A DNA stretch of 64,000 nucleotides from Podarcis vaucheri (taxonomy: Eukaryota), in NCBI GenBank assembly GCA_965113315.1, contig OZ220371.1. One strand, given 5' to 3'. This document shows, piece by piece, positions 60,797 to 64,000 of this stretch. Made by a program: the position numbers and the translations under genes. The stretch's first letter is position 1. Each line of letters begins with the position of its first letter. Under the pieces are notes generated by a model. It searched no databases, was not told where the DNA came from, and worked only from the letters and a program-made list of their open reading frames with translations.

Positions 60797-61907
60797 ATGA
60801 TGGCATAATGTCTGATGGATCTTGCATGTGATGAAATGCACTTTAGTCCCCAAATGTTTATGCCATGCTACATGTACATAAAGCATGAGGTTTTCCACTG
60901 GTTAATGGCCTCTCCCTGGCCTTCGAAAACTGTTGACCGTCAAAGTAGAGACTAATGGGCAAGGTAGTATCTGGAGAAGTCTTCTCCAGCTGGTCTTCTC
61001 TGTTAGGCCCTGCGATGTAGGAGTAAGAGCTCAAGTGTTTATTTATTACCATTTAGAGCTATTCAGGTAAGGCAGGGGTAAGGCAGCTCAATGAGATTAA
61101 CTAGTTAAATGTTTATACAATGTTTCCAGATACATAGAGCTATACAAATGTTACATATTATTAACTGTACTTGGCATAAAGAACTTGCCCCTGGCAGCCA
61201 GCAGTACTGCTCGCTCCCGTTGCAGCTGAAGGTGTGTGAGTGTTTCTTAATTGGAAGGGGGAAAGGTCATGAAGTTGAGAGCTCCATTTGCAAGTATCTT
61301 TTTAGCAGTAGCACTGAAAGGGCTCAAAAGGAGAAGAACAGTTTGCAGACGAAGCAATGTTTTGGCAATCTTTTGTGCCACTTCGATCAAGAGGGTTCTC
61401 AGAATGCTTTGCGGGGATGTGGGCCGCACAAGTCCTTAAAACCTTGTCTTAAAATATCAAATGTCAGCCCAGCCCAAGATTCAGCCCAGGATACAGTCTG
61501 TACACACTACAGATGTGCATATGAATGGATGTATGGCGATGGGCATAGCAATTGCCACTGAACTTCTTCGTACACCGTGTGCAATTTGAATGGTGTGAAG
61601 CAAGGTTAGCAGGGAGAGAATAAAACACAGCCAGCCAGCAGCTACTCAACTATATCACAGTGGTTAATCTCCCGTGTTAATCTGGCATTTAAAAATGGCT
61701 TCATTCCTTTGTCTTTCTTGCCTTGTCTTTGTTTCCAAAATACACAGGAATTGCAGAGTTCTGAGTCTAGACTGCATTTGAAATCTGTAATTGGGGTCCT
61801 CATCCATTAGAGTAAATGTCACCACACCCCCAAAGCAGAAAGCGAGTGTGGAATTTTAGAGGCCCATCACACATAGAATCATACCTGCTGACTCTTACTC
61901 TAGAAAG

Positions 61908-62138
61908 CCCATGTGGTGTAGTGGTTAAGAGCAGTAGACTCGTAATCTGGTGAACCAGGTTCGCATCTCCGCTCCTCCACATGCAGCTGCTGGGTGACCT
62001 TGGGCTAGTCACACTTCTTCGAAGTCTCTCAGCCCCACTCACCTCTCAGAGTGTTTGTTGTGGGGGAGGAAGGGAAAGGAGAATGTTCGCCGCTTTGAGA
62101 CTCCTTCAGGTAGTGATAAAGCGGGATATCAAATCCAA

Positions 62139-62175
<37 letters not shown>

Positions 62176-62230
62176 TTCTTCTTCTTCTTCTTCTTCTTCT
62201 TCTTCTTCTTCTTCTTCTTCTCCTTCTTCT
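61908..62230 (+). mobile_element. tRNA-derived CORE SINE (Squam3-like) with (CTA)n(CTT)n tail
   Basis: A box TGGTGTAGTGG; B-box-like GGTTCGCATCTCC; CORE GCTGGGTGACCTTGGGCTAGTCAC; microsatellite tail. Confidence 0.8.
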
Positions 62231-62919
62231 CCTCTAGGGCTACTAAACCCCATGTTTATGTCCAGTCTAGCTTCATGCAATAAAACTTTATGTCAAACAA
62301 AAAAAGTTCTTATCCAAAATGTATGATTAACCAAGCAGTTTGGATGTTCCCCCTTGACTTCTGGAGACATGACATTATTCTGTAATGGTTAATTGCTAGA
62401 CAGGTTCGTACCATCTGGTAAATGCACAAGCACTGTTGTCCAGCTGCCAATGAAACTGTCAGCCAGTTCATGCAGTGCATTTTTAGTCCACGTGAGCTGT
62501 CCGGACTGTCCCCAGATTCACACTCACAGGGATCAGCATGATGGCTGGGATCCAGTTAACTGCCTTAGGCACACCCAGAGATTTAGCAGGCTGAGTGAAA
62601 TTATTACCTTTTAATTGTGCAGCAGACCCTCCTCCATATGACGTATCAACGCTGTCCTTGAAACACCCTCCATTTTCAAATGAGCTTGCCACAGAACATG
62701 GTGGCTGCTGTTGAAGAATCAGAAGTCCATGCAACAATTGCATTGTTCATTGGATTCTGGATAATAGGTGCGACAAGTGATCATGGACAGTGTCACGGGT
62801 TGAGGTGGAAGCTGTTTTGGATCACTCATTTTTCAAATCCTAAATTCAGTCCTCTACATTTCTGCAGCAATTTGCAATTTTGTTTTTAAAAAAATCCTCA
62901 TGAACATTCATCAGCAGTA

Positions 62920-63160
62920 CAGTGGTACCTTGGTTTACAACCATAATCCGTTCCGGAGTTCCGTTCATAAACCAAAACAGGTTGTAACCCAAGGTGTGCT
63001 TTCGCCAATGGGGCCTTCCCAAAAAATTTGTTCGTAATCCAAAAAAAATGGGTTGTAATCCAAAAAAAGTTTGCAAACCGGGACACGCAGTTCCAGTTTT
63101 GATGTGTTTGTAATCCAAAATGTATGCAAACCAGACTGTTTGCAAACCAAGGTACCACTG
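62920..63160. mobile_element. Tigger-like MITE
   Basis: TIRs CAGTGGTACCTTGGTTT / AAACCAAGGTACCACTG; TA TSD. Confidence 0.88.
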
Positions 63161-63936
63161 TACTTGAGAACTAGGCCTTCATCTATGTTTGCTCTGTATA
63201 GACATTACATTTAACCAGAGACTATTGGGGTTGTGCAACCCTTGATGTTAATTGCCTTCCAGTGTAGAGTAGCTAGAGGACTGGGAATGATGCCAATCAA
63301 TCTGAATACAGGAAGCAAATAGATTATTGAACATGTGGAGACAACTAATTAGAAGGGGTAAACACCCTATGAGTTTGCAGTATAGAAGGGCGGCATAGAA
63401 ATTAATTAATGATTGGCCAGTGGAAAGTGGTAATCTTTTTTCCTCAGAACTTACTTCAGTCTAATTTGTTTATGTTGGCAAGAATAAGCATATGTGGCAA
63501 AGGAATCTTGTGCTCTCTGGTGTGCTTGTGTGACATGCTAAACTTAGTGTGAATGTGTGGGCTTCCAGAGAGAAGATAATGACCACTTTGCTTTGCTCCT
63601 CTTCTGGTCTTGCTTATTGCCTCTCTCAACCAGACTCTGCTTTGGCTTAGAGTGTTGTCCAAACCTGGCTTTGCTGTTTGCCCTCTTCAAATTAACCATG
63701 AGCTTGTAACCAAGGTCTGTCCTATGGCTTTCGCTCATGGTTTGTACAGAAGAGCTAAACCATGACTCCTGGGTTCAAATAACATGCTAAGCCAATCTGT
63801 CGCTTAATTCAACACAGGAACAGCAGCAAAACGACTCAGCAAAATGACTGAGGAGTAGCATGATCTCTTATGTTTATGCTAAGCCATGATACAGGTGTGA
63901 TATGAAATACGAATTCAGAGCTACATATCACCCCCC

Positions 63937-63938
<2 letters not shown>

Positions 63939-63978
<40 letters not shown>
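63939..63978. repeat. (AT)n microsatellite
   Basis: Read directly from the sequence. Confidence 0.95.
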
Positions 63979-63981
<3 letters not shown>

Positions 63982-64000
63982 GGTTTTGGTGTCTTCGGGT

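Noticed and set aside
60797-60898. N-terminal part of the 191-aa ORF as a CR1-derived host gene
   Set aside because: CR1 similarity stops at ~60796. The upstream codons are chance read-through of flanking DNA into a 5'-truncated LINE.
2567-62283. ORFs with poly-N/L/V/E/RE/HT/F runs
   Set aside because: They are translations of microsatellites.

Overview
This is vertebrate genomic DNA. Sauria-type SINEs and the repeat content point to a squamate, probably a lacertid lizard (inference). The first ~10.6 kb hold the 3' end of FHDC1 (INF1 formin) on the + strand: a 165-nt penultimate coding exon, a 2-kb last coding exon and a ~2.3-kb 3'UTR. The rest is intergenic and dense in transposons: Tc1/mariner-pogo and hAT MITEs, Sauria and CORE SINEs, and CR1, L2 and L1 fragments. 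Four things stand out. (1) A fully intact Ty1/copia LTR retrotransposon (39211-44223, minus strand) with identical 314-bp LTRs, a 5-bp TSD and an uninterrupted gag-pol ORF; its PBS looks like a half-tRNA-iMet site with the anticodon positions changed. (2) A ~1.08-kb TSD-bounded non-coding RTE-like element (30950-32032) whose first base is G1 of a hand-foldable HDV-like ribozyme with an atypical hairpin inserted in loop L3. (3) A ~200-bp fold-back palindrome in a CR1 3' end. (4) A MITE with mirrored microsatellite flanks and a third TIR copy. No database searches or folding programs were run, so family names come from motif recognition.
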